A DNA stretch of 64,000 nucleotides from Octopus vulgaris (taxonomy: Eukaryota), in assembly GCA_951406725.2 (NCBI GenBank), contig OX597814.1:158472001-158536000 (forward strand), written 5' to 3'. Below the pieces are notes generated by a model. The model saw only the letters and a list, made by a program, of their open reading frames with translations, was not told the DNA's origin and searched no databases. The translations under genes were made by a program, and so were the position numbers. Positions 37,200 through 50,935 of this stretch are shown here, one piece after another; positions within the stretch are counted from its first letter, which is position 1, and every line of letters begins with the position of its first letter.

Positions 37200-37975
37200 C
37201 ATTTTGACTAAACTTTCTCCTTTATGTGGCATTTAGTGAATGAGGGAGTTTGAAGTTGCTACTTCATCGGCGTTTCTTGTCGGGGGATGGGTTCATCCGG
37301 AAATCTTGACAGGAGGAGATCCGGTTTTGTTCTGAAGACACTGCAGAATCGTGGGCCCTTGTAACACAAACTGTTGCAGTATGTGGTCCTGTATACTGAT
37401 GGCAATGTTAGGATTTTTGATACTATGGAGTGGCGCCCTGTTCTGCTGCTTGTATAACTTACAATGCCAAAATTAAGTAAAGCTCTTCTAGGATTTACTA
37501 GATATATATCATTGCATATCCTTCCCGCCATCGTTCTAGGAAACAAAGTCTTGACTTTTTTATAGTATCTTCCAGTAATTGACATGTCGATTGAAGCGAT
37601 CTTCTTTGTGTAGCTTCGCTGGATTGCTTCCAGTTCTGTCGTTAATTTTACACTGTTTGGTGACCATAGTTGGGAACAGTAATCTAAATGGCTGATGACA
37701 AACGTCTTCCACAGGATCATCATGGTTTCCTGTTCTCCCGTTCTGAAAGTTCTAAGGATCCATCCGGTCAACCATCAGCATTTTATTGCCAACTTCGTAA
37801 TATGTACCTGGAAAAATGCATCATTACTCATGTTGATGTCCAGGTCGCGCACAGATTTTGATTCAGGGACTGCAATCCTGCTTGGGTCAGTGTATCCTGT
37901 TTTCTTTTCATTCAGCTTCGCACGCTGGCAGTGCAGGGCTTGCAATTTTCTAGCATTAAATTTGTGAAGTTTTTA
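37200..37975 (-). mobile_element. CR1/Jockey-group LINE 3' fragment
   Basis: GWILRTF...LWKTFVISHLDYCSQLWSP...LEAIQRSYTKKI, the post-RT region of CR1/L2/Jockey-like ORF2. Confidence 0.85.
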
Positions 37976-38411
37976 AACAGTTCGTTTTCTGACCAAATAC
38001 ATCATGTGTTAAATATATATACTAAATGTTATACTAAATCAACACGCCATGCAATGAATGTACTTAGTTAAATATAGTCATCACCCATAATGCACAAATG
38101 AATGATTCATACATATAAAGTATCTGATAGAATATATTTTGTCCAATCTAAATGCCGGAGAGGAAATGTCATGCTTGAAACGTTTCCTGATTTCATTTTG
38201 TCTATAAATGATTTCTAATACACTCACATTTATTTTATCAACTACGAATAGATGAAGACAAAGTCGACCGGGATTGCATTTGATCTCAGAATATTCAGAG
38301 TCGTAACAAATGCACTTTCTGCGACGCTTTGGCGGTTCACCTAATTGAAATGACAAATATCTAAAATAAAAAGGACTATGATAGAACAATCGAGCTTTCC
38401 ATACGTCAAAA

Positions 38412-38790
38412 TCGTGGCACTTCGTCGGTTGCTACGACGAGGGTTCCAGCTGGTCCGATCAACGGAATAGCCTGCTCATGAAATTAACGTGCAAGAGGCT
38501 GAGCACTCCACAGACACATGCACCCTTAACGTAGTTCTCGGGGAGATTCAGCGGGACACAGTGTGTGACAAGGCTGGCCCTTTGAAATACAGGTACAACA
38601 GAAACAAGAAAGAGTGAGAGAAAGTTGTGGTGAAAGAGTACAGCAAGGTTCGCCACCACCCCCTGCCGGAGTTCGTGGAGCTTTAAGTGTTTTCGCTCAA
38701 TAAACACTTCCAATGCCTGGTCTGGGAATCGAAACCGCGATCCTACGACCGCGAGTCCGCTGCCTTAACCACTGGGCAATTGCGCCTGCG
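38412..38790 (-). mobile_element. tRNA-derived SINE, full length
   Basis: Minus-strand head GCGCAATTGCCCAGTGGTTAAGGCAGCGGACTCGCGGTCGTAGGATCGCGGTTTCGATTCCC with A and B boxes. Confidence 0.85.
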
Positions 38791-39476
38791 CGTACGTCTA
38801 AATTATATATAAAGAACATGGTATTCAACATTCTTAACAGCTTTTCTAAGGAACTAATATGTCTCTCCCAAACTTTTATTAATTTCCACGATATATCATG
38901 AGCCTGAGACAATATAGGAGCTGCTGCATAATCAATAAGACTTGTTAGCAATCAATCCAAATTTCACCTCAAGCCTCGTTACCATTTTAGGCACAGAACA
39001 ATAGATATTATAGTCCTAAACTTATTATCTCAAAATAAGACAATATATCCATGTCTAGAAAGCTTGATCATCTATTTATCTGAACCGAGCTAACCTGCGG
39101 CTAAAGAATAATACAGTTAAGTTATACAAAACAAATATTGGCATCCAAATTAAATTCAATGTTTCTGACAGTTATCAATACTTGTGAATATTCCCTCTTA
39201 ATGCTACTTTTAAAATACCAATATTTTTATATTTTATAAATTAATATAAACTTGTTTACCTTTTTACGACGATACATTTTATTGGGTTTCATAATATTTT
39301 AGTCGCAAAACTAGGCGCGAGTATGGTTGTATCAGTAAAAGTGCGCTTCACAGCCACATGATTCCATATTCGCACAATTTTAGGCAGGTGTACTTTTTTG
39401 TATCTTTCGGTTGACCAATATTTTGCGAGTTAAACTGCAATAACCTAAGTTATACTGAAGTCCTTCATATAGAGAA

Positions 39477-39525
<49 letters not shown>

Positions 39526-39529
<4 letters not shown>

Positions 39530-40298
39530 ATTAATTTATAAAATTTATAAAAATATGGTAAAGTAAAAGAATTCACTTTACCACACACCGAACTTTTCCG
39601 AAATAGCAGCCAAAAATTTGGCTATTTCTTCAACTGCAAATAAAAGTCTCCAGACAATGTATACTCAGAAAAATAACTCACATAGGAATAAGGGAAAAAC
39701 AATGAAAGATCACATCCATATACGATACCCGAGGACAGTCTGTTTCTGGATTTGTGGGTAAAACGCCACTTTTCCTTCATCAGCTCAGAGATTTCTTTTG
39801 ATTTAGATTTGAAAATACTAAGAATCAAACATACCCGTCCGATATCTGTAACATCGGACAAACTATGCCAGACATCCAGTACTAGCGAATCCAAAAATAC
39901 GAATGAGATCTATTATTCTCCCTGTCCGCCCACGTGAGTCATAGAGCATTCCATTTCTACAGAGGTAAAAACTGCAGTTTAAATTCTTGGAGAGAAAGCA
40001 TTATATTGTTATGAGAAAATGGGGGTCGAATCAATTAATTATTAATAAATTCGACCAAGCAGTATTCGGTATGTAAAGACCATTTACGGTATATTTGAAG
40101 TATTAATTTATAAAAATATGGTAAAGTAAAAGAATTCACTTTACCACACACCGAACTTTTCCGAAATAGCAGCCAAAAACTTGGCTATTTCTTCAACTGC
40201 AAATAAAAGTCTCCAGACAATGTATACTCAGAAAAATAAATTAATACTTCAAATATACCGTAAATGGTCTTTACATACCGAATACTGCTTGGTCGAAT
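39526..40298 (-). mobile_element. Non-coding, terminally redundant hammerhead-containing element within (TA)n
   Basis: Near-identical ~140-bp direct repeats at 39526-39676 and 40098-40239 (period 563); 40237-40298 is the inverted copy of 40049-40110; hammerhead at 39728-39789. Confidence 0.85.
39728..39789 (-). ncRNA. Minimal hammerhead ribozyme (intact core)
   Basis: Minus strand tctgag-CTGATGA-a gga aaa gtgg cgttttac ccac aaa tcc a-GAAA-CAG A CTG-TC-ctcggg; all three stems pair, GUC site. Confidence 0.85.
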
Positions 40299-40319
40299 CT
40301 ATATATATATATATATATA

Positions 40320-40618
40320 TTGAAATTATAAGTTAGGGAATCTACGAGATACCACCATGCTGAAAATAGCAGCCATGATCTGACTCTAAAACCACCTTAA
40401 TTGTCCATATATCAACACGGAGAGAAAACAAACAGACAAGATGAAACTAGTAAAAAATTACTAGTAAAAAATTTCCAGTAATGTTTTACTAGTTTCATCT
40501 TGTCTCTTTCTTTTCTCTCCGTGTTGATATATGGACAATTAAGGTGGTTTTAGAGTCAGATCATGGCTGCTATTTTCAGCATGGTAGTATCTCGTAGATA
40601 CCCTAATTTATAATTTTA
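40320..40618. repeat. Fold-back element, ~140-bp near-perfect arms
   Basis: catgctgaaaatagcagccatgatctgactctaaaaccaccttaattgtccatatatcaacacggagagaaaa is mirrored exactly in 40511-40583. Confidence 0.95.
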
Positions 40619-40723
40619 ATAATTATTACCTTTGAAGGTTATTTTTTCCATGCTGACCACTTGATAAAATCGTTAGTTTATTTTTAAATTAACGATCTTA
40701 TCCTTATTTATATAAATTTATAA

Positions 40724-40790
<67 letters not shown>

Positions 40791-40794
<4 letters not shown>

Positions 40795-41626
40795 GGAAAG
40801 AGGGTTTGAAAAAGCAAAGGTCTTTTAACGATGTTTATTGACTTGACCGGTTTCACTTTTTTAAAAACAGATTATCAAAAGTAAAATGTAAAGTTTTGCA
40901 TAAGCTTGTTGTGTTAAAAAATGGTTATCATAATTGTATTAAAATTGTATTTATACAGAATTTTAGGGAAATGACCAACCTTTCCATCAATCATCTCCTG
41001 TCTTGTAGTGTGTGTATGAGAAATGCTTATTTCTAAAAATAGTGTGGGAGGTTGGATGGTGGGGGAGATCATTGTGGAATCAAAAGGAATTTTTCTGGGT
41101 TAGTCTGTCCATGGCAGACTAGCCCAGAAATAAAAAGATCCCTTTGATTCCACAATGCTCTCTCTCACCAATCAACTTCCCACACTATTTCTAAAAATAG
41201 CAAGCATTTCTCATACACACTACAAAACAGGAGATGATGGATGGAAAGGTTGGTCATTCCCCTAAAATTCTGTATAAATACTTAAATATATTTCCTTCTG
41301 TATATATGTTTCTTATACAACCATGATTTTTGATTAACTTAAAATAATTATAAATTTATTTTACAGCCTATTTTGAACACTTTCATGTAAACTATTTAAA
41401 CAAAAAGCCCCTCTTAACATTTTCTTATCATTCATTGTCAAAGATTCTATTTTTTAACATCTTATCAAAGACTATAACTGTATTTTAATACAATTATGAT
41501 AACCATTTTTTAATACAACAAAGCATATAGAAAGTTTTGAATTTTACTTTTAAAAAGAAAGTGTAACCGGTCAACTCAATAAACATCTTTAAAAGACCTC
41601 TACATTTTCAAACCTTCTTTCTTATA
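40791..41626. repeat. Large fold-back (~320-bp arms, centre CCATGG ~41109-41114, ~200-bp extra segment in the right arm) with decayed hammerhead-like motif at 40841-40882
   Basis: 40947-41110 pairs with 41113-41281 and 40791-40945 pairs with 41482-41626; minus strand actt-TTGATAA...GAAA-CCGG-TC-aagt. Confidence 0.9.
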
Positions 41627-42049
41627 TATTTTCACTCGTGCGGTACCTTGCAAATTTAGTTTGTTTTATATATATATTATACATACATACATATGTACGC
41701 AGGCATGTATGTGTATGCATATGGATGTATATGCATGCAATGCACTATCTAACATATCTATGTCTTATAGCCAACACTATGCTTTACGACAGTTGTAAAT
41801 AATTTCTCGGTGAAATATGCCCGCAGACTGAAAAGGAGGGAGCTGTCATACGTGTTTCGATTTTTGGTGAATTAGTCATCAGGAACTGTGTTCCCCAACA
41901 AACATATTGAACAGATGAATTCTTTACAATTGTTGTAATATATATATGTAAGTTCTATTGTACATCATAACAAGGAAACCAAAAATGCTAGAACATCAAT
42001 AATTTACTATGCATGCACATGTGTGTGTCTGTTTATCTGTTTCTGTGTT

Positions 42050-43700
42050 GTTCGTCGATGAATGCCGGCAAACGATGTCAACAAATGAAAAATCTTCACA
42101 GGCAGTAACGTATGAACAAAGTCTGGAGAGATGTTACATGCACCCAGATTGTCAGATTCAGTAATCAAGTTATTTTGTGGCATTATCTAATTATACAGTG
42201 GTTAGATTTTCGGATTTAGAAATTACAAACCTACAAATATTTATTCGAAATATTGATAAAACTCATTAATATGCTTTTCAAACATCTGTTAGCAATTGAA
42301 ATAAAGTATTCAAGTATTCAATACAGTATTATAGCTGTGATATCCATTTTTAAAAGCGATCTTTCTTCTCGTTTTGACAAGATGTATTCCTGACATCTAA
42401 ATTGGTGATCAACGTATTCCTTTGCAGTTCAAGCAATCATTTCGTTGTGCATGTGGTTTACATTTCAACTGAAGATATTTCACTATACATTGTGTTATAA
42501 CTGAATGTTAATCGTTTCTTTAGCATCCAATCCATTGATAATGTCTAAAATTGCAAATGTCATATTATTTATATAAATTGTGTGTACTTTAATTAATAAT
42601 AACAAATATTCTATGTTGAATACTAGTAACGCAAGTAGCAGATTTTGAAACAAAAGAGAAGATACTATACTAAAAGTGGCGAATAAAAAGTTAATGAGCA
42701 AAATTATCCATATTCTCTCAGAGTACTTTATGCGGTCTGGGCGCAGAGAAAGCTTGCTATTAAAAGATTTATCTTCATAATCAAGATGTCTCTCGTTTAA
42801 TTCCGATATGAGGATTATTGGAAAAATATCTTCTGGTATAACTTCAGGTTGCTGAAAGTTTTGTTGTTGAAAATATATAGGGAAGAAACAGTAATGAATC
42901 CTTTCCAACTGCACCAATTCTCGGATAGTAGAACTAATCTGTCACCGGTTTATCCCCATCACATAGACCGTGAATGACATTAGCAGTGTCCATTTCGTTT
43001 CAAGCATTCAGAGCAGATATCTAGTTGTAGTTTACTTCTCTCTTCTCTCCAACTAGTATCAGAGAATTCTAGAAAGCAAAAGCATAAAGTCGGAAGTGTA
43101 GCCCTTCCACCTCACACTTAGTCGTAAACAAGAAACAATATACATTTTCGGTAGATATATTTTATATAGTGATTTCTACTGGCAGTATTTATATCTTTTA
43201 AATATAGTTGATCAAAATAAAAAAATATATATTTTTTCAATTATGCTACTGATCACATTACTTTGAAAGTTTCGTACTTATGTCAATAAGACGAATATTA
43301 ACATGAATTACCCAGAATCTATTTTAGAATAGCTATTTCAATATTTCTTTTGAATTCAAACATTTATAGACTTTAATATCTTCGAATAATGGATCTGTTT
43401 TGGTATCTACTGCGCTGCAATATATTAATATACTCTAAATTACTTGAAAATTAAAAAATCTGGAACTCTTCATTAGATACATTTAAAATCTTTTGTCAGG
43501 TTTGATGAACTTTTGAGATTTAAGATAAGCCATTTTAGATTTCCAGCTTATGTTAACTGCATTTAACTTCATGCTTACTATTGATTTTGTACTGATTAAT
43601 GCAATGATATTAGATTACATTGGGAAAAAGATGGCTGCAATATTTCATCGCATTCTATGTAATATTTTCAAATTACTCTGCTTGTCCCTGACAAAAAGTT
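42050..43700 (-). mobile_element. Possible very old hAT-like transposase remnant
   Basis: Scattered minus-strand motifs (LETKW resembling ETRW; YNTVLN...RF); heavily decayed. Confidence 0.3.
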
Positions 43701-43753
43701 ATCTATGATGTATACATGTATGTATGTATTATTATAATCTGTATTACCACAAA

Positions 43754-43945
43754 GCGGTGAGCAGGCAAAATCCTTAGTATACCGGACAAAATGCTTAGCG
43801 GCATTTCTTCTGGTTTCATGTTCTTAGTTCAAGCTCCTCGCTCATCGACTTAACTTTCAAGATCGGTAAAGTAAGCATCAGTTGAACACTGGGGTAAGTA
43901 TAATCGACTACCCACCTCCTCTAAAATTTCACGTTTTGTTTTTAC
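43754..43945 (+). mobile_element. SINE (Nin/Deu-like family), degenerate
   Basis: GCGGTGAGCAGGCAAAATCCTTAG...AAATGCTTAGCGGCATTTC head shared with 54026. Confidence 0.7.
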
Positions 43946-44308
43946 ATTAGACAGAAAAAATGTGTAAATTATCTCGCAGTATACTTTTTAAAAATTAAAT
44001 ATATAAAGATTCTTTTTCTTTTATATTAAGCTCGACAGCGTTTCCATTTTCAATTTCATTATAAAAATAGTTCGCCCTTTCAAATTTTATCATAAAAGGC
44101 ATCAGTCTTAAGTACAGTCATTTATAGCAGATATAATCTAGGTATAATCCTTTTAAATATCAGGCTATTGGAAACATCATAACTTAACCATCCATATGAA
44201 AATGAAAATACATCATAGATCAAGATCAATATTGGAGTATCGAAAGCTAAATCTGCAACATTATTTCGCCAGAAAATAATTAATTTTTTCATATAAATTT
44301 CATATAAA

Positions 44309-44701
44309 GGCGCAGGAGTGGTTGTGTGGTAAGTAGCTTGTTTACCAGCCACATGGTTCCGGGTTCAGTCCCACTGTGTGGCAACTTGGGCAAGTGTCTT
44401 CTACTATAGCCTCGGGCCGACCAAAGCCTTGTGAGTGGATTTGGTAGACGGAAACTGAAAGAAGCCCGTCGTATATATGTATATATATGCGTGTGTGTTT
44501 GTGTGTCTGTGTTTGTCCCCCTAGAATTGCTTGACAACCGATGCTGGTGTGTTTATGTCCCCGTTACTTAGCGGTTCGGCAAAAGAGACCGATAGAATAA
44601 GTACTGAGCTTACAAAAGAATAACTCCCGGTGTCGAGTTGCTCGATTAAAGGCGGTGCTCCAGCATGGCCGCAGTCAAATGACTGAAACAAGTAAAAGAG
44701 T
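44309..44701 (+). mobile_element. Major tRNA-derived SINE, full length
   Basis: GGCGCAGGAGTGGTTGTGTGGTAAG...CCGGGTTCAGTCCC head, ending GACTGAAACAAGTAAAAGAG. Confidence 0.92.
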
Positions 44702-46574
44702 AAATTTATCAAACAGTACACATACACATATACATATACATACACACACATTATTCTTTATCTAATACAACGCTTTCTCAAATTCACGGTATCTATTCAA
44801 TTTAAGATATTTGGTTTCAATAATTTTACTTTGTGTATTGAAAGCTTAATTGTGGAACTAACATTAAATATACTTTATAAAACATTCATGATATAAAGGT
44901 ACTAATGTAAAGTATCTTCTAATTTATGTTGTATTTTAAGATCTTTTAACTTCAGTTAGGATCACTAAGTAACACATATTAAATAGAAACATTTTTAATA
45001 ATGAAGAATAAACTGGAAGTGTTCTTGGACGTTAAAAGTGCAAAATAGTCGTTTGTATGTCATATGTATTGATGAGGTTGTGAAATTTAGTTGTACGATG
45101 AACGAATGAAGAAAAATACCAAAGGAGTATGACGTTAACAAGTGTTTGCATTGCTCAGAAGAGCAACATATTTCTAGTCATGTATTGTCTACATAGAAAT
45201 AACGTTGACACATTTGCTAGACAACTTGAGGCGATAGGAGAATTTTGGTTGTCTTGACTAAGTACTGACGTGACAATACATATGAACATTGATGGTGTTG
45301 GCTGGATTTTAGAAATGAAAACTAGATAAAGACTAACTTTCTGAGATATAGGTATCTGGGATACTTCAGGATGTGATATAAGGTCAAAAGCGAAGACAAG
45401 CCATGTGTATCGAATTCACTGAGTATGATGACTACAGAGACAGACAAACAGACAGAAACAAAAAGAGAGGTGATTTGATGGATCTTGAAACACGCCAAGA
45501 ACTGTGGACAGTAGAATTTCGAAGAGCATGAACAGCTGAAACTAGTGAATTAATTTAAAGTCACTGTTACTGACGAGGCGGTTAATAAGAAACGTGGATC
45601 CTACGTAAGCTCAATAATGACATTTTAAACAGAATGCTAAATATAAGCGTGGCCTTGATTTCGGGGGCTGGTTAGAGGAAGACGTAGAAAAATATGTATC
45701 AGAATGAACCATATGACCTAAGTCTTACTATAGGGTACTGACTAGGAAAGGACTAAACTACACTAAACAAGGCAATTTGTCTGGTGCTCTACTGGTTCTG
45801 CCATCCTCAGTTTGAAGTGGATGTTTTAAATTTTAGACTAGAATTATATAATGAAAATCTGATTGCGTAAACAAAAATATTAATTGTATCCTTCGCAGAC
45901 AAATGATTTTATCAAATGAATGATGAATGCCATTTTTATTTCAATATTTATGCACATTTCTAAGATTTCCAAGAATTTCACTTACAAGTAATACAATTAT
46001 TTGATAAATAAAATCCAACGATTAAATTACAGCAATGTAATGAAACCTGAAAAGGCCAAAATATATAGATACTATTCATTGCAGTTGTGTTAATATGGAG
46101 ATAGATTCAGAATTGTGGATTTCTCTTTTCAGCGGAACATGTAGTATGGTATGTATACAAGTAACAAAGAGAAGCCTTAAATACGCTGTTAGAAGCACAA
46201 CCTATTTCACTCACCATCTTTCTTGTTTGTCAGCCAACCTCCGGTTTTCTGCCACTTTGTTCCCTGTCTACGCATGATACTTTATAACCTGTTAAGTAGT
46301 TTGCTTTACATTTACAGGAAAAGTTATATCAAATCTACTAACATTATTTTGCGCAATAGATTTATTGCACCAGATATTCATAAGCATTACAAGGACATTT
46401 CCAGTTCGCACACCTACCCACGCACACGTGCTCACACACAGAAGCATATTTAATGAAACGTTGCTTAGCCTGTAAAACATAGCTACCAATTATCCATCAA
46501 ATCATGTTATACAGTCTTAAGGCAAACCGAACTGTATAATAAGGTCAATAGTTTTGAGATACACCTTGCGAATG

Positions 46575-46942
46575 TCCTGGGATGCACCGTCAGTGGTGTT
46601 TCTAGTCTTAGGGTGTTTCGGTTATTTCAACATCGGACCCTCTCGCTCAGTTGTCCCAGATGTGGTTGATCAAATTCCAGCTTGCAACACTTATCTGCCC
46701 CTTTTATCTTAAGCCACTTAGTGGCATTCTCTGCAGCTTCAGTGATGGAATGTATATCCCTCCTCTTTTCTGCACAAGTAATTCCAGGTCCAGTCAGAGC
46801 TTTCAATAATGAGCGATCCGTAAAACCTCGACAACCCATTTCTGTTGCCTCACAACGTTCCTTCCATCTCCGATTTCTGCACTGCTCTAGCAGCCTCTGG
46901 AATTTGGTAAGCTTCTTCTCATAGGCTTCCTCTATGTGTTTA
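46575..46942 (-). mobile_element. HERO-clade LINE 3' end
   Basis: EEAYEKKLTKF..L.EQCRNRRWKERCEATEMGCRGF..RSL...ITEAAENATKWLKIK. Confidence 0.85.
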
Positions 46943-46944
46943 TG

Positions 46945-47098
46945 GATAGAGGAAATAGGCATAAAATCCAGTTTAGTACAGCTCCAGAAAACAGTATTAC
47001 TAGAGACTGCTAAGATACTTATGAGGATTCTTGGAATCTAAGTTTAATTGTAGCCCAATGTTAGTAATTTCTTTTCCAACAGTCTAACCTGTTGTGTG

Positions 47099-47102
<4 letters not shown>
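46945..47102 (+). mobile_element. R4/Dong LINE extreme 3' end with (TAA)n
   Basis: EIGIKSSLVQLQKTVLLETAKILMRIL then a short UTR and (TAA)n. Confidence 0.7.
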
Positions 47103-47164
<62 letters not shown>

Positions 47165-47360
47165 CTTTACTATAGACACAAGGCCTGAAATATGGTGGGA
47201 AGGGACTAGTTGATTACAGCAACCCCAGTGTTTCTCTGGTGCTTAATTCATTGACCCCGAAAGAATGAAAGTCGACCTCGGTGATTTTCAACTCAGAACG
47301 TAAGGACGGACGAAACGCCGCTAAGCATTTCGCCCGGCGTGCTAACGAGTCTGCCAGCTA
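47165..47360 (-). mobile_element. SINE (Nin/Deu-like family)
   Basis: Same family as 19535-20002 and 54026-54230. Confidence 0.8.
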
Positions 47361-47589
47361 AAGATAATTATAATAACCACGATGATGATGATGATGAGGA
47401 TGATGAGGATGAGGATGAGGATGAGGATGATGACGACGACGACGCTACTTCCTTCATACACGATTAAGGTTTAACAAAAACCGTTAGGGATGGTACATAA
47501 ATTGTACATAAATTGAAGCGTGTAACCTGTAAAAAATAGTGATTATAAATTTAAACAACAAAAATTTCTACAAAATAGTGTAATTTGCT

Positions 47590-48300
47590 AGTACTGTTTG
47601 TGGAGACCCCACAAACCCACGGTCACCCGAACCACAAGGGCAAGTGTCTTCATTATATCGTCTTCCTGTTCACGTGGACCAATCCTCCCACATTCAGCCA
47701 CATTTCAATAAAATTGCAGGGAACCAGTACTCTCCTCTCCACCATTACCTTCTTTTTGAAATGAAACTTAAATAGATTCATAAAGTGAAGTCGTCGTCCA
47801 GAACCAGCAATGGTCCCTGGTAGCACTGCGATGTCAGGGATTTCTGGAAATTATTCTTGGGCCCTGGGCTGAAAATCCTCCGGAATAGATCAGCCTGTTG
47901 ATTCTTGACGACATTTAGGGTCTCTCCGAGAATATCGTAACACTTGTTCCCGGCAAACCCTTTATTGACCGCCAATCTGAAACTTCCACCGACTGACAGA
48001 GAACTGTGAGCGTCTGACGAAACTTTAGGTTCCATGAGCCCTGTCTCAGTCTACGTTCGACACAGCGCTACAGATTTGTCAAAGAGACGAGCTGCGGAAG
48101 CTTGTAGGGCACGTCATCCCAACCAGGCAATTTGATCTCCGTGCACCCCATCATCAAATCCCGTTTCAGCAGCAGTTATCAGCTTTTCGCAATGCTCTGT
48201 ATCCTTTGCCAAGAGCCGTAGCATACCGTCCATCTTGCCATCTGGACTACCATTCGTCGCTGTTGAGCGAAGGGCAGCTGATATGCCTAACCCATTTGTT
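47590..48300 (-). mobile_element. L1/Tx1-clade LINE fragment
   Basis: YDILGETLNV...LFRRIFSPGPKNNFQKSLTSQCYQGPL; shares TCTCTCCGAGAATA context with the 23063-23500 fragment. Confidence 0.6.
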
Positions 48301-48321
48301 CAGACTAGAACAGATATGTGC

Positions 48322-48398
<77 letters not shown>

Positions 48399-48403
48399 CA
48401 TCA

Positions 48404-48440
<37 letters not shown>

Positions 48441-48460
48441 TATTATTATTATTATTTTTA

Positions 48461-48492
<32 letters not shown>

Positions 48493-48898
48493 GAGTGAGA
48501 GAGCAGTGCCGGGGACGTTTAAGATGTGAGAACGATAAAACAGTGCTCCTAAATCTATCCACAAACATCGAATACAAAGACATTGTATGGAGCCAAAAAT
48601 TTACTGACAAAGGATTGGACTATATCCGAGTAAGTTATACACATTGAAATTTATTACTATTTTCGAAACGAAATGATGTATTTTAAACTCGATATCATCT
48701 CCACCTCTAACACAACACATGTAAACATGCGTGGAACATTATGATCCTTCAACACCAGATCATCCCCGACCCCAAACACCATGTACAAAAAAACTAAGAA
48801 GAAATTAAATAACACCGATATTATTCAACCCAAGAATAACAATCGGGAAGTACGTACTTTAAACTTTATTATTATTATTATTATTATTATTAGTTGTT

Positions 48899-48949
<51 letters not shown>

Positions 48950-48981
48950 TCATCATCATCATCATCATCACCACCACCATT

Positions 48982-49014
<33 letters not shown>

Positions 49015-49029
49015 TTCATCACAATCAGT

Positions 49030-49440
49030 ATTGAGTGAGATAGCAGCGCATGCTATCTGAACGACGATGATGTGCAAATATACGAAGCCCAATACACCAC
49101 TGTGACTACCAGTCTCATAAGTACACACCAGGCACGTGCATAACGATCTTTTTTCTGCTGTTATTCCATAGTGTTGGCATATTTCCAGTGTATATAGGTC
49201 CCAATTCTGTCATGTCTGTGAATATATTCCTTCTTAGCCAGGTCTAGGCAGCCAGAGACCATATGATTTATTGCGTCTTCTCCATCGCCGCATATTCTGC
49301 AGTTACTTGTTCTTTTCATTGTGTGTTTTTGATGATTTCTGGTGGAAAGGCTTTGATCTTGTGCAATTAAAAATCCGTCAGTTTCTTCTTTGTGTTTTGA
49401 GCTTCTCAGCCATTGTTGGGTTTTTTTTATTCTATTTCTT
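49030..49440 (-). mobile_element. R4/Dong LINE fragment (CCHC region) fused to a different 3' UTR
   Basis: CRICGDGEDAINHMVSGCLDLAKKEYIHRHDR on the minus strand, paralog of 51780-51890; 49030-49140 resembles 49765-49870. Confidence 0.8.
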
Positions 49441-49478
49441 TTCTGTTATTATTATTATTATTATCATTATTATTATTA

Positions 49479-49551
<73 letters not shown>

Positions 49552-49631
49552 CATTATTATTATTATTGTTATTATTGTTGTTGTTGTTGTTGTTGTTATT
49601 GTTGTTATTATCATTATTATCGTTATTATTA

Positions 49632-49662
<31 letters not shown>

Positions 49663-49726
49663 TATTATTATTGTTATTATTATTGTTGTTGTTGTTGTTG
49701 TTATTGTTGTTATTATCATTATTATC

Positions 49727-49762
<36 letters not shown>

Positions 49763-49765
<3 letters not shown>

Positions 49766-50869
49766 TGAGAGAGCAGTGCATGACATCAAAGTGACACTAG
49801 GGTAAAATATATGAAGCCCAGTATACCCACTAAGACTACCCGTCTGATAAGGGTACACTAGACACATGTCATCACAACCATATGTGCACGAGACGGTGAT
49901 CTCTTATCAAGATAAACAACACATGACCTTGCAGGTGGGGTCCAGTTAGAATTTTCTTCTGGTCGAGTAACCCATCCTGCTCAAAAGGTCCCTGAATAAG
50001 GGTTGTTTAAGGATGTTGAACGAAACTCCCATGTTTCTAAAGGTGAATTATTAAAACCCCAAAAAATCCCTCTCATCACATGGCTATGATGCTCCCCCAC
50101 TACTTCTTTTCGTGATCAGAGATGCACGAGTATTCTAGCGGTTCCAAGCAGTGCTGTTTTCTGCAAGTGCTCCACCCTTATTGCAGCCCCTATTTGCTCC
50201 ACGTACTTCTCGAGATTTTTGCTCACTGTTCCCAGGGCTCCGACAATTATTGGTACTACTGCTACCTTTTTCATCGACCACGACTCCTTAACTTCCCAAG
50301 CTAACCTGTCATATCTCTCGACTTTTCTTTCTTCCTTATCGCATACCTTGTTGTCAGCTGGGCATGCTATGTCTATAATCCAGCATAGATGATTTTCTTT
50401 CTCAATTAAGACTATGTCTGGCTTCCTATTCTCAATAACATGGTCGCATTCAAACATAAAATCCCAAAGGATCTTTGTATTTCTGTTTTCGACGATGATT
50501 TCAGGTTTGTGATAGTACCAATTTTTTGCTCTGTGAAGTCCATACTTGTTGCAAAGTGTCCAATGGATAAGCCTGGCTATATTGTCCTGGCGTCTCTTAT
50601 ATTTCCTCTGGGTTAGTGGTGTACATTGGCTGGTAATATGCCATACGGTTTCACCGTTTTGTCCACAGATTTTGCACTTATCACTTTCTGCTGTGTTGTC
50701 TATTCTATATTTTATGTAGTTTGTTCTTAGTGCTTGCTCTTTTGCAGCACAGACTAGAGCCTCCGTTTTCGGTCTCAAATCACTTTTAGTCATCCACAGC
50801 CATCTTTTTCTGTCTGTCTTATCTTCAACATCCCTATTAAATTGACCATGCATTCTTTTCTTTACCCAC

Positions 50870-50870
<1 letters not shown>
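49763..50870 (-). mobile_element. R4/Dong LINE 3' portion (family B) in (TAA)n
   Basis: ORF 50116-50853: CKICGQNGETVWHITSQC (CCHC), RKPDIVLI...IIDIACP...K..Y (REL), PIIVGALG; flanked by (ATT)n. Confidence 0.93.

Positions 50871-50935
<65 letters not shown>

Noticed and set aside
42495-42917. Membrane-protein gene from the 140-aa hydrophobic ORF
   Set aside because: Hydrophobicity follows from AT-rich composition; no exon context; more likely a decayed transposon
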